From an uncultured delta proteobacterium (GTDB lineage Bacteria > Desulfobacterota > BSN033 > UBA1163), in NCBI GenBank assembly GCA_963827685.1, contig CAWHBU010000004.1, forward strand, positions 384,001 to 448,000: 64,000 bases of DNA. The letters are read 5' to 3'. Made by a program: the position numbers and the translations under genes. The notes beneath the pieces were generated by a model, which was not told the DNA's origin, did not search any database, and saw only the letters and a list, made by a program, of their open reading frames with translations. Numbering within the stretch: the stretch's first letter is position 1; every line of letters starts with the position of its first letter. Below are positions 1-8,514 of the stretch, in pieces.

Positions 1-2
1 TG

Positions 3-713
3 GGTTGCTACCCCATTGATGGAATCCTGTTTCAGGATGATCTGATTCTTAAACATGACGAAGATTTCAGTACGGAAGCCAACGAAGCCTTTCTGAAAGA
101 GTTTGGATACTTGCCCCATCCGGGACTCTTTTATATCGATCCTTATCAATCGGAGTCTGGAAAATATTATGCTAAGGCTTATACGGATCGCTTCTGGACT
201 TGGGCGAACTGGAAAAACCATTGGTTAATGAACGTGGCCAAACGATTGATGGAAGTTGCCAGAGAGTCAAACCCGAACTTACAATTTGCCATCAATCTCT
301 ATTTTGAGGCTGTCCTCAGCGACGCTAATGGCATGGGTTGGTTTTCGCAGACTCTTTCAGGAGCATTGAAGAACAATTTTGACTATTATGCCGTCATGGC
401 CTATCATCGCCAGGCCATGAAAGAGCGGAATATAGAAGTGAGGGAGGCCATCGGCTTGATGGCCGAGGCGACTCAGAAGGCAGTCAAAGTCGTGGGAGAT
501 CCTTCCAAGGTGTTGATGAAGGTTTGGACTCTCGATTGGAAGAATAATGGAGCAGTCAGTTATGAGCTCGCCTCAGGCAAAGAGATAGAGGAGATCTTAA
601 CGGCGATCTTGAATTATGGTGAGGTGAGTTTAGCCTTCGTTCCTTACATCGATCAATTGCCTATTCATTCATTAAAAGGGAAATGGAATTCTTCTAAAAA
701 AAGTTCGGAGTAG
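3..713 (+). CDS. PgaB-like poly-beta-1,6-GlcNAc hydrolase/deacetylase C-terminal (GH153/GHL13-like) domain, 5'-partial
   Basis: Frame is open from the window edge: GCYPIDGILFQDDLIL...; DGILFxDD, WFSQ and YDYxAVMAY-like motifs resemble the PgaB C-terminal domain. Confidence 0.65.
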   Translation, partial: GCYPIDGILFQDDLILKHDEDFSTEANEAFLKEFGYLPHPGLFYIDPYQSESGKYYAKAYTDRFWTWANWKNHWLMNVAKRLMEVARESNPNLQFAINLYFEAVLSDANGMGWFSQTLSGALKNNFDYYAVMAYHRQAMKERNIEVREAIGLMAEATQKAVKVVGDPSKVLMKVWTLDWKNNGAVSYELASGKEIEEILTAILNYGEVSLAFVPYIDQLPIHSLKGKWNSSKKSSE

Positions 714-797
714 TTAGTTCGGAGTTCGGAGCATTTAGTTTTGAGTGTTTAGTTTGGAGTTTTTAGTGGTGAACTCCGAACACCGAACTTCTAACTT
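702..797. repeat. Two-armed heptamer tandem repeat (AGTTCGG-type x10, then complementary AACTCCG-type x3-4)
   Basis: agttcgg agtagtt agttcgg agttcgg agcattt agttttg agtgttt agtttgg agttttt agtggtg | aactccg aacaccg aacttct aactt. Confidence 0.9.
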
Positions 798-1380
798 ATT
801 TCTCCTCTTCGATTCTGAGCCATTCGGGGTTAGCCCGATAATCTCTGGCTTGTTTTGGAAGAACATTTTCGAGCATGTTCCTGGCCTCTTCCACCTGTTT
901 CTCCCAATCCTTTACCTTTTCTTCGAGGGCTTTGGTCTCAGCCTTCAATTTCCTTTTGAGGCTGTCGGGTTTGAACTGCGAGGCTTCCAGCTCCTGCTCC
1001 TTTGACTTCCATTCATTGTAGGCGTTTTCATAATTTGTCCTGGCAGCGTTGAGCTTCTCATTCCATTCGCTCGCTATTGCCCTCCACCATTCTTCTCCAC
1101 GGCCCAAGATATCTTTCTGCTCAGGGGCTGATTCAGGGGCTGACTCAATCTCCTTCTCCTCCCCCATGCGTTTGGGTGATTCAATCGATGGAGGAGAAGC
1201 GGGTTCTTGGGTAGGTTTCGTCTTTGGAATCTGGTCTCGATATATTTCTGGGACCAGACTTAAGTCATCCGAGAAGTGAACTATCCCTTTCTCATCCACC
1301 CATCTGTAAATCTCTTGACCAAAAGCCAAGATAGAAGAGAGCAGCAATCCCACAATAATGATGAGACCCCTTCTTTTCAT
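796..1380 (-). CDS. DUF4124-domain secreted protein with coiled-coil C-terminus
   Basis: Signal peptide, IYRWVDEKGIVHFSD motif, AAAGGAGG RBS. Confidence 0.85.
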   Translation of the reverse strand: MKRRGLIIIVGLLLSSILAFGQEIYRWVDEKGIVHFSDDLSLVPEIYRDQIPKTKPTQEPASPPSIESPKRMGEEKEIESAPESAPEQKDILGRGEEWWRAIASEWNEKLNAARTNYENAYNEWKSKEQELEASQFKPDSLKRKLKAETKALEEKVKDWEKQVEEARNMLENVLPKQARDYRANPEWLRIEEEK

Positions 1381-1400
1381 GTTGATCCTCCTTTAATAAT

Positions 1401-1510
1401 CGTTTGGAGCGATTAGTTTGTCTGTCTGTCGGCAGGCAGGGAGTTCGGAGACAAAAACTAAAACAGTAAGAATCATGACTCATAACTCCGAACTCCTAAC
1501 TCCGAACTGA
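1401..1510. repeat. Two-armed heptamer tandem repeat (AGTTCGG / AACTCCG family)
   Basis: cgtttgg agcgatt agtttg[20-bp insert]g agttcgg ... gactcat aactccg aactcct aactccg aactga. Confidence 0.85.
1421..1440. repeat. 20-bp mini-palindrome TCTGTCTGTCGGCAGGCAGG nested in the heptamer array
   Basis: 8-bp stem including G-T pairs with TCGG loop; removing it restores the AGTTTGG heptamer. Confidence 0.7.
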
Positions 1511-1514
1511 AGCA

Positions 1515-4190
1515 TCAATGCACCTCCGCCCAGTTCTTCCCCAAATGGACGGAAACCTTGAGCGGGACAGAAAGGTTCATCACGCTCTCCATTTCATTCT
1601 GGATCATGGGGATGGCTTTTTGAAGTTCCTCTTCAGGAACCTCGAAGACCAATTCGTCGTGCACCTGCATAGTCATTTTAGTGGAGAGACCGAGTTCTTC
1701 TATTCGATCCTGGATGTGGAGCATCGCCACCTTGATCATATCCGCCGCTGTCCCCTGAAGAGGAGTATTGACAGCCATCCTCTCTGTCGCCTGCCGGATG
1801 GCTACGGTTGGGGAGTGAATGTCCGGCAGATAGCGGCGGCGATGTAAAAGGGTCATCACATATCCCTTCTGCCTGGCCTCTTCCAAACTCTTCTCGATAT
1901 AGCTTTGAACGCCAGTATATTTTTCAAAATATTCGTCAATATAGGTTTGGGCGACCTTGGAGTCTACCCCTAATTGTTGCGAAAGACCATAACCGCTCAT
2001 TCCATAAATGATGCCGAAGTTGATCACCTTGGCCTCCCTCCTCATCGGGGGCGTCACTTTTTCCATTGAAACGCTGAAGATCTCTGAAGCCGTTCGAGCA
2101 TGAATGTCTTCATCATTTTGAAAAGCTTTGATCAGTGTTTCATCTTGGGAGAGGTGAGCAAGAATTCTCAGTTCAATCTGAGAATAATCTGCAGAAACAA
2201 GGAACCGTCCCTTCTCTGGAATGAAGGCTTGACGAATCCGGTTTCCTTCTTCCGCACGAATAGGAATATTCTGGAGGTTGGGATCACTCGAGGAAAGCCG
2301 TCCTGTAGCCGTCACGGTTTGATTATAGGACGTGTGGACGCGTCCGGTCTTTGGATGGATCAATTTGGGAAGGGCATCGACGTAAGTCGATTTGAGTTTG
2401 CTCAGATTGCGATAACCGAGAATCTCGAGGGGGAGGTCATGTTGAAGAGAGAGTTTGGTCAACACCTCCACATCCGTAGAAGCGCCTGTTTTGGTTTTCT
2501 TGATGATGGGCAGTTTCAGTTTATCAAAAAGGATCTTTCCCAATTGTTGGGAGGAGTTGATGTTGAAAACCTCTCCGGCTAACCCGTAGATCCGTTCCAT
2601 CTTCTGCTGGAGTTGAGTTTCGATCTCCTTCGAATATTCTTGGAGAAGGTCCAGATCGATCTTCACTCCGTTCATCTCCATTTTTGCCAAGACCGTGACG
2701 AGAGGCATCTCCACCTGGTTAAAGAGGTCTTTAAACCCTTCCTCCTTCAGTTTTGGAAAAAGGAGGCGGGAGAGTTGGAGAGTTACATCCGCATCTTCAC
2801 AACTGTAGTCCCTCGCTTTTTCAAGTTCAATCTGATCGAAGGTCACTGCCTTCATTCCACTCCCCACGACCTCTTTGAAGTCAGTGACAGATCGATCCAA
2901 ATATTCCTGGGCAATTTCGCTCAGGTTGTGGTTATGTTTGGTGGGATTGAGAAGGTAGGAGGCGACCATCGTATCCCCATCCAACCCTTGCAGATGAATC
3001 CCATATCGTTTTAGAACAATCCATTCATATTTGATATTCTGACCCACCTTTTTCACTTCCCTGTCTTCCAGAACAGGTTTTAACTGCTCCAACGCCCAAG
3101 GAAGAGGAAGTTGCGGAGTTGTCCGCTGATCTTGGTGGCCAAGGGGAATATAGAAAGCTTGATGCGGGGCGTAGGACAGACTGATCCCCACCAGATCCGC
3201 CCACATTGGATAAGGGGACGTGGTCTCCAGATCGATGGAAAAGGTAGTGGCTCTTCTTAAATCCTCCAATAAGGTGAGGAGTTCATTTTGATCCGTGATC
3301 AAACGGTAGTCCCTTCGCGCTGACAGGGAGGCCTCCTCGGCAAAGAGTTCTTTGAGAAGTTTGTTGAACTCCAACTCTTTGAAGATCTCCTTAAGGCTCT
3401 TCAGATCAGGCGGGGAGAGGGAAAAATCCTTTAACGGGGAGTCGACGGGCACATCGGTATGGATCGTTGCCAACTGACGGCTGAGACGAGCCAGATCTCC
3501 ATGGGTCCTTAAATTTTCTTTCAATTTTTTCTGGGGAATTTCTTCCACATGGGCCAGAAGATTTTCGATCGACCCATACGTCTTGATCAACTGGATGGCC
3601 GTCTTTTCTCCAATCCCAGGAACGCCCGGGATGTTGTCAATGGCATCTCCAGACAATCCCATCACTTCTACCACCTGCTCAGGGGAAACGCCGAAACGCT
3701 CAATGACCTCTTCTACCCCAAACCTTTTCTCCTTCATGGTGTCATAGACCTGAATCCGATCACTGACCAATTGAAGGATGTCTTTGTCACCCGTAATAAT
3801 CACGATATCGACTTCCGACTCCAGCCTCTTGGCCACCGTTCCGATGAGATCGTCCGCCTCGTATCCATCCATCTCTAAGAGGGCAATTCGGTATCCGTCG
3901 ATGATCTTCTTGATATAGGGAATCTGGGGGGTAAGCAACTCCGGCATGGCAGGCCGGTTGGCTTTGTATTCTTTATAGACGTCGCTTCGGAAGGTGGGAG
4001 CCTTTGAATCGAAGATCACGGCAAGATAATCTGGCTGATGTTCCTTGAGTACTTTAAGAAGCATCTGGATGAAGCCATAGGTCGCATTGGTCGGGAGCCC
4101 CTTGGAGTTAGAGAGATGGCCGATGGCATAAAAGGCGCGATAGAGATAAGAGGAGCCATCGATTAAAAAAAGTTTAGCACGATCAGACAT
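1515..4190 (-). CDS. polA: DNA polymerase I
   Basis: LIDGSSYLYRAFYA 5'-3' exonuclease, 3'-5' exonuclease DLET, SADYSQIELR, QVHDELVFE; ATG at 4190 preceded by GAGG. Confidence 0.98.
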   Translation of the reverse strand: MSDRAKLFLIDGSSYLYRAFYAIGHLSNSKGLPTNATYGFIQMLLKVLKEHQPDYLAVIFDSKAPTFRSDVYKEYKANRPAMPELLTPQIPYIKKIIDGYRIALLEMDGYEADDLIGTVAKRLESEVDIVIITGDKDILQLVSDRIQVYDTMKEKRFGVEEVIERFGVSPEQVVEVMGLSGDAIDNIPGVPGIGEKTAIQLIKTYGSIENLLAHVEEIPQKKLKENLRTHGDLARLSRQLATIHTDVPVDSPLKDFSLSPPDLKSLKEIFKELEFNKLLKELFAEEASLSARRDYRLITDQNELLTLLEDLRRATTFSIDLETTSPYPMWADLVGISLSYAPHQAFYIPLGHQDQRTTPQLPLPWALEQLKPVLEDREVKKVGQNIKYEWIVLKRYGIHLQGLDGDTMVASYLLNPTKHNHNLSEIAQEYLDRSVTDFKEVVGSGMKAVTFDQIELEKARDYSCEDADVTLQLSRLLFPKLKEEGFKDLFNQVEMPLVTVLAKMEMNGVKIDLDLLQEYSKEIETQLQQKMERIYGLAGEVFNINSSQQLGKILFDKLKLPIIKKTKTGASTDVEVLTKLSLQHDLPLEILGYRNLSKLKSTYVDALPKLIHPKTGRVHTSYNQTVTATGRLSSSDPNLQNIPIRAEEGNRIRQAFIPEKGRFLVSADYSQIELRILAHLSQDETLIKAFQNDEDIHARTASEIFSVSMEKVTPPMRREAKVINFGIIYGMSGYGLSQQLGVDSKVAQTYIDEYFEKYTGVQSYIEKSLEEARQKGYVMTLLHRRRYLPDIHSPTVAIRQATERMAVNTPLQGTAADMIKVAMLHIQDRIEELGLSTKMTMQVHDELVFEVPEEELQKAIPMIQNEMESVMNLSVPLKVSVHLGKNWAEVH

Positions 4191-4199
4191 TTTCCTCAC

Positions 4200-4272
4200 A
4201 GCATAGAGCAGAGCGCATAGAGCATAGCGTCAAAAGTCTTCTTAATATGCGCTATGCGCTGCGCGCCATGCG
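4200..4272. repeat. Two-armed heptamer tandem repeat (A/CGCATAG x4, then complementary CTATGCG x4)
   Basis: agcatag agcagag cgcatag agcatag ... atatgcg ctatgcg ctgcgcg ccatgcg. Confidence 0.9.
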
Positions 4273-4288
4273 GGTTATCATGAACGGG

Positions 4289-5203
4289 TCAAGGGATGTT
4301 CGTATGAACTCGATTCCCGCCAGAATGTTTGGCAATATACATTGCATCGTCCGCAGATTTGACAAACCCCTCCAGGTCAAAGGCGTCTCTGTATTCGGAT
4401 AGGCCGATGCTGACCGTAATGTTTTGGAATTTGGTCTTTTCGATGGAAGAACGGATGCGTTCCGCAATAGTCATGGCTTGATCCATGGAGGCCCCGATGA
4501 GGAGAGCGGCAAATTCATCCCCTCCGTAACGATACCCAGAATCAACATTGTGTCGTATGGAGTGTTTGACGATCTCTCCAACGTTTTTCAAGACCTTATC
4601 CCCTTCCAGATGACCATAGAGGTCATTATAACTTTTGAAATTGTCGAGATCGAACATCGCGAGCGAAAGAGAGGTTCTTTGGCGTTTCAGACGAATCAGT
4701 TCGGCATCCAGGGTTTTAAAAAAATGGCGATGGTTGTAAAGGCCGGTTAGATCATCGGTGATGGAAAGCCTTCTGACCTCCTCCTCCAATTTTTCTTTCT
4801 CCCTTAGAGTCTTATACTTCTCCAGACATTGGTTGACGATGTGGATCAGATGTTCATTCTCGAAGGGTTTCTTCACAAAGTCAGAAGCGCCCTCCTTGAG
4901 GGCCCGGATGGCATTATCGACCGTGGCAAAGGCTGTCAGCATAATGACGCATTGGAGAGGATTGGCGATTCGAATTCTTCTCAAGGCCTCGGTGCCATCG
5001 ATTCCCGGAAGATTGATATCCATCAAGACCACTTCGGGTTTTTCGTCTTCGACCTTCTTCACTCCTTCTTCACCGGTCGAGGCCATCATGACGTCGTACC
5101 CTTCATAGCGAAGAAGTTTTTGGATAATTTCTAAGGTATCCGGTGCGTCATCAACGATCAGGACTTTCCCCTTCGTGTCTTTATGAACGGTCGGGTCTTC
5201 CAT
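4289..5203 (-). CDS. Response regulator diguanylate cyclase (REC + GGDEF)
   Basis: KVLIVDD...[11 protein letters not shown] domain; [18 protein letters not shown] and RYGGDEF; start placed at MEDPTV with GGAG RBS. Confidence 0.92.
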   Translation of the reverse strand: MEDPTVHKDTKGKVLIVDDAPDTLEIIQKLLRYEGYDVMMASTGEEGVKKVEDEKPEVVLMDINLPGIDGTEALRRIRIANPLQCVIMLTAFATVDNAIRALKEGASDFVKKPFENEHLIHIVNQCLEKYKTLREKEKLEEEVRRLSITDDLTGLYNHRHFFKTLDAELIRLKRQRTSLSLAMFDLDNFKSYNDLYGHLEGDKVLKNVGEIVKHSIRHNVDSGYRYGGDEFAALLIGASMDQAMTIAERIRSSIEKTKFQNITVSIGLSEYRDAFDLEGFVKSADDAMYIAKHSGGNRVHTNIP

Positions 5204-6149
5204 TTTCGTTCTCCACAGAAAGAGGAAGGGTAAAATAGAAGGTGGACCCCTTCCCCAATTGAGACTCCACCCAGATATTTCCTCCGTGCTCTTCAACCAG
5301 CCGTTTGGCAATGGCAAGTCCCAAGCCTGTTCCGCCGTATTTGCCTCCTTCGACCTGGTAGAATTCATCGAAGATCATTTGAAGTTTATCTTCCGGAATA
5401 CCCATTCCGGTATCTCTGATCGCAAGGAGAATCGATTGGTTCTTTTGGCTGGCGATGATCGAGACCTGACCTCCATCGCCGGTAAATTTGAATGCATTGG
5501 AGAGGAGATTAATAAAGATATCGTGAAGTGCCGTTCGATCGGCGTAGAGGTGGAGCCCTGGCGGAATATCAACTTGAATAGAGAGGTTCTTCTCCACATG
5601 GGTGACCTCGTTGATATATCCTTCGATCACCTCGGAGAGCAGGATCTGTTCTCGGTTGAAGTGGAGACGATCAGATTTAATCCGGCTGAGATCGAGCATT
5701 TGATCCATTCTCATTTGAATTCGATTGGTATTCCTCTGAATTGTGAGAAGATAGGACTTCAGATGCTCGGGAACCCTTCCTTCTTTCTCGGAAAGGATGA
5801 AATCGATATTGGCCTTGATGGCCGTGAGCGGCGTTTTTAGTTCATGGGAGGCGATGCCGATGAATTTCATTCTGGTCTCATCCATCTCCTTAAACTCGCG
5901 GTTGACCATTTCCAGTTCTCTCTTGGCGGCTTGAAGTTCCTCAAGCATCTTGAGGACAGAAGTCCTCGCCCGGTTGAGTTCCGCGATGTTCTCCTCCAAC
6001 TGGTGGGTTCGTTCTTCCAATTTTCTTTTCAGATCACTTCTGGATTCTTTCAACGGAAGGGTCATTCGGTTGAAGGCTCTCGCCAGGTCTCCGATGAATT
6101 TAAGGGTGAGGCTGGCTCGGAAACGAAAAAAGGGTTTAAACCGGCTCAT
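5181..6149 (-). CDS. Sensor histidine kinase (HisKA + HATPase_c), apparently lacking its membrane sensor region
   Basis: SHELKTPL H-box, [24 protein letters not shown]; start placed at MSRFKP overlapping the ahbD stop; only the second half of a HAMP domain is present. Confidence 0.85.
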   Translation of the reverse strand: MSRFKPFFRFRASLTLKFIGDLARAFNRMTLPLKESRSDLKRKLEERTHQLEENIAELNRARTSVLKMLEELQAAKRELEMVNREFKEMDETRMKFIGIASHELKTPLTAIKANIDFILSEKEGRVPEHLKSYLLTIQRNTNRIQMRMDQMLDLSRIKSDRLHFNREQILLSEVIEGYINEVTHVEKNLSIQVDIPPGLHLYADRTALHDIFINLLSNAFKFTGDGGQVSIIASQKNQSILLAIRDTGMGIPEDKLQMIFDEFYQVEGGKYGGTGLGLAIAKRLVEEHGGNIWVESQLGKGSTFYFTLPLSVENENGRPDRS

Positions 6150-7239
6150 AGATGCAATAGGGTTCTTCGGCCATGTACTCTCCAGAGAGTTCGTAGGCCC
6201 GTGCGCGACACCCTCCGCAGACCTTTCTAAACTCACACCTTCCGCATTTTCCCTGATAGCCATCGGTATTCCGGAGGTTTTGGAAGACATCGGAAGCCTC
6301 CCAGATCTCCCTGAAATGTTTTTCCCTGACATTTCCACAGTTCAATTCTAAATAACCGCAGGGTTGAACCTGGCCGACATGGGAGATGAAACAGAAGGAG
6401 ATGCCGCCGAGGCATCCCCGGGTCATGGCATCCAATCCGTGTGTTTTAGGAGTGATCTTCTTTCCCTCCTTTTTCGCCTGCTGCCGTAGAATGCGATAAT
6501 AGTGAGGGGCACAGGTCGCCTTGAGTTGGAGAGGAACCTTATCGATCTGTTCGTAAAACCAGTGGAGGGTTTTTTCGTAATCGAGAGGAGATATTTCCTG
6601 ATCTTTCAGTTCTTTCCCTCTTCCGGTCGGAACCAAAAGAAAGATGTGGAGAGCCACCGCGCCCAGATCAACGGCCAGACGGAGGATGTCAGGGATCAGC
6701 TGGAGGTTCACCTGGGTAATGGTCGTATTGATCTGAAATTCGATGCCCCCTTTCTTTGCCATCTCGATTCCTCGAAGGGAGCCTTCAAAGGAGCCCTTGA
6801 CTTTCCGGAAGGCGTCATGTGTTTCCGCAGTGGGACCATCGATGCTGATACTGATCCGCTGAATCCCTGAAGCCTTCATCTTCTGGATGATCTCTTCAGT
6901 GATCAATGTCCCGTTCGTGGCCATCACCATCCGGAAGCCTTTTGCTGTTCCATAAGATGCCAGATCAAAGATATCTGATCGGAGCAGAGGTTCTCCTCCG
7001 GTCAGAATGATGACGGGTTTACTGAAGGAAGCGATTTCATCCATCACCCTGAGAACCTCCTGCGTCGAGAGCTCTCCTTCGTACGGACCGTACTCCGCGG
7101 AGGCACGACAGTGAACGCAGGCAAGGTTGCAACTTCGGGTTAACTCCCATGCGATCATCCGTAACGGGTGATTGGTGACTCGTGGCTGGTGATCCGTGAG
7201 TCGTGGGTGTTGATCTTTTACTTTTAATTTCTTACTCAT
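6136..7239 (-). CDS. ahbD: Radical SAM/SPASM heme b synthase of the alternative heme pathway
   Basis: [31 protein letters not shown] [17 protein letters not shown]; next to hemB. Confidence 0.85.
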   Translation of the reverse strand: MSKKLKVKDQHPRLTDHQPRVTNHPLRMIAWELTRSCNLACVHCRASAEYGPYEGELSTQEVLRVMDEIASFSKPVIILTGGEPLLRSDIFDLASYGTAKGFRMVMATNGTLITEEIIQKMKASGIQRISISIDGPTAETHDAFRKVKGSFEGSLRGIEMAKKGGIEFQINTTITQVNLQLIPDILRLAVDLGAVALHIFLLVPTGRGKELKDQEISPLDYEKTLHWFYEQIDKVPLQLKATCAPHYYRILRQQAKKEGKKITPKTHGLDAMTRGCLGGISFCFISHVGQVQPCGYLELNCGNVREKHFREIWEASDVFQNLRNTDGYQGKCGRCEFRKVCGGCRARAYELSGEYMAEEPYCIYEPV

Positions 7240-7271
7240 AACTCTTAATTCTTAAGTCATAACTCTTAACT
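7160..7271. repeat. Two adjacent heptamer tandem arrays (SGTGRNT-type x8, CTCTTAA-type x7) overlapping the ahbD start and hemB stop
   Basis: cgtaacg ggtgatt ggtgact cgtggct ggtgatc cgtgagt cgtgggt gttgatc ... cttttaa tttctta ctcataa ctcttaa ttcttaa gtcataa ctcttaa. Confidence 0.85.
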
Positions 7272-8237
7272 AATCTTTTTGGCTGCTTCTTTAGCGAAGT
7301 AAGTGAGGATCAGATCAGCGCCTGCCCTTTTAATGGAAGTAAGGGATTCCATCATAACCTGTTCCCCGTCCACCCATCCGAGTTGCGAAGCCGCCTTGAC
7401 TAAAGCAAATTCACCACTGACGTTGTAAGCCGCCACCGGTATATTAAACGTTTGCTTCACCCGATAGATGATATCCAGATAGGGGAGGGCGGGTTTGACC
7501 ATGACGATATCCGCACCTTCTTCGAGGTCGAGCTGGACTTCTCTCAGGGCCTCATCTCCGTTGGCTGGATCCATCTGATAGGATTTTCGGTCACCGAACT
7601 GGGGTTTCGATTCAGCAGCCACCCGGAAGGGTCCGAAAAAACTGGAGGCATATTTTGCCGAATAGGCCATGATCGGAATGTCCTCGAATTGATTTTCATC
7701 GAGGGTCTTTCGAATAGCCCCCACCCTTCCATCCATCATATCAGAAGGCGCAACAATATCAGCTCCTGCCCTGGCATGGGAGAGGGCTTGACGGGCGAGA
7801 AGATCAAGCGTTTCATCATTCAGAATTCTCCCTCCCTCCACCACACCGCAGTGTCCGTGACTGGTGTATTCGCAAAGGCAGACATCGGTGACGAGGAGAA
7901 TGCCATCCACTTTTTCTTTAAGCTGCCTGAGGGCCCTCTGGATGATCCCATTTTCAGCATAGGCTTCTGATCCCAATTCATCCTTCTTTTCGGGAATGCC
8001 AAAAAGGATGACGCCCAGAATCCCCAAAGATTTTGCCTCCTTCACCTCTTTGATCAGGAGATCGATAGAGTACTGGCAATGCCCGGGCATGGAGGAGATA
8101 GGCTGTTTCGACCCCTTTCCAGGACGGACGAAAAGGGGGAGGATGAGGTCATCCGGCCTGAGATGGGTTTCTCGGATCATTTTTCGAAATAGATCGTCTT
8201 TTCGTAATCTTCTCGGTCTATATTGGGGGAATTTCAT
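7266..8237 (-). CDS. hemB: Porphobilinogen synthase (Zn-type)
   Basis: [41 protein letters not shown]. Confidence 0.98.
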   Translation of the reverse strand: MKFPQYRPRRLRKDDLFRKMIRETHLRPDDLILPLFVRPGKGSKQPISSMPGHCQYSIDLLIKEVKEAKSLGILGVILFGIPEKKDELGSEAYAENGIIQRALRQLKEKVDGILLVTDVCLCEYTSHGHCGVVEGGRILNDETLDLLARQALSHARAGADIVAPSDMMDGRVGAIRKTLDENQFEDIPIMAYSAKYASSFFGPFRVAAESKPQFGDRKSYQMDPANGDEALREVQLDLEEGADIVMVKPALPYLDIIYRVKQTFNIPVAAYNVSGEFALVKAASQLGWVDGEQVMMESLTSIKRAGADLILTYFAKEAAKKIS

Positions 8238-8514
8238 ATAGCCTCCTCAAAATTCGTCTTTAACTATTTTCTACAATATTTTAAGGTGATTGTCTATAAA
8301 TGAACTCGCTGGCTCGGTTTTGGGTTCGCGCGGCGCTCACCCACGCGCCTCATACCGAATGTTATACTCTCTTCCTAACGGAAATCCTCAACCCATGACT
8401 TGATCTCATCTGCTCTCTTTGTAAGTGGAAGCGATAACCTGGTTTCTTGCCTCTTCCTTACTGTACGTCCTCATGGAAACGCCTTACATTTGGGATGCAG
8501 ATTTCAACCCGTAA

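Noticed and set aside
4289-5203. Possible c-AMP-GMP-making (Hypr) GGDEF enzyme
   Set aside because: Keeps Asp in GHLEGD, the c-di-GMP-type residue.
5204-6338. Long N-terminal extensions called for the GGDEF (to 5368) and kinase (to 6338) ORFs
   Set aside because: They overlap the upstream genes in other frames; better starts exist at 5203 and 6149. Extended starts for pgm, glgP, malQ, ackA and xfp were trimmed for the same reason.
1518-8241. Many + strand ORFs opposite polA, the kinase, ahbD and hemB, and similar antisense ORFs throughout 36-55 kb
   Set aside because: Shadow frames of well-supported genes with no motifs of their own.
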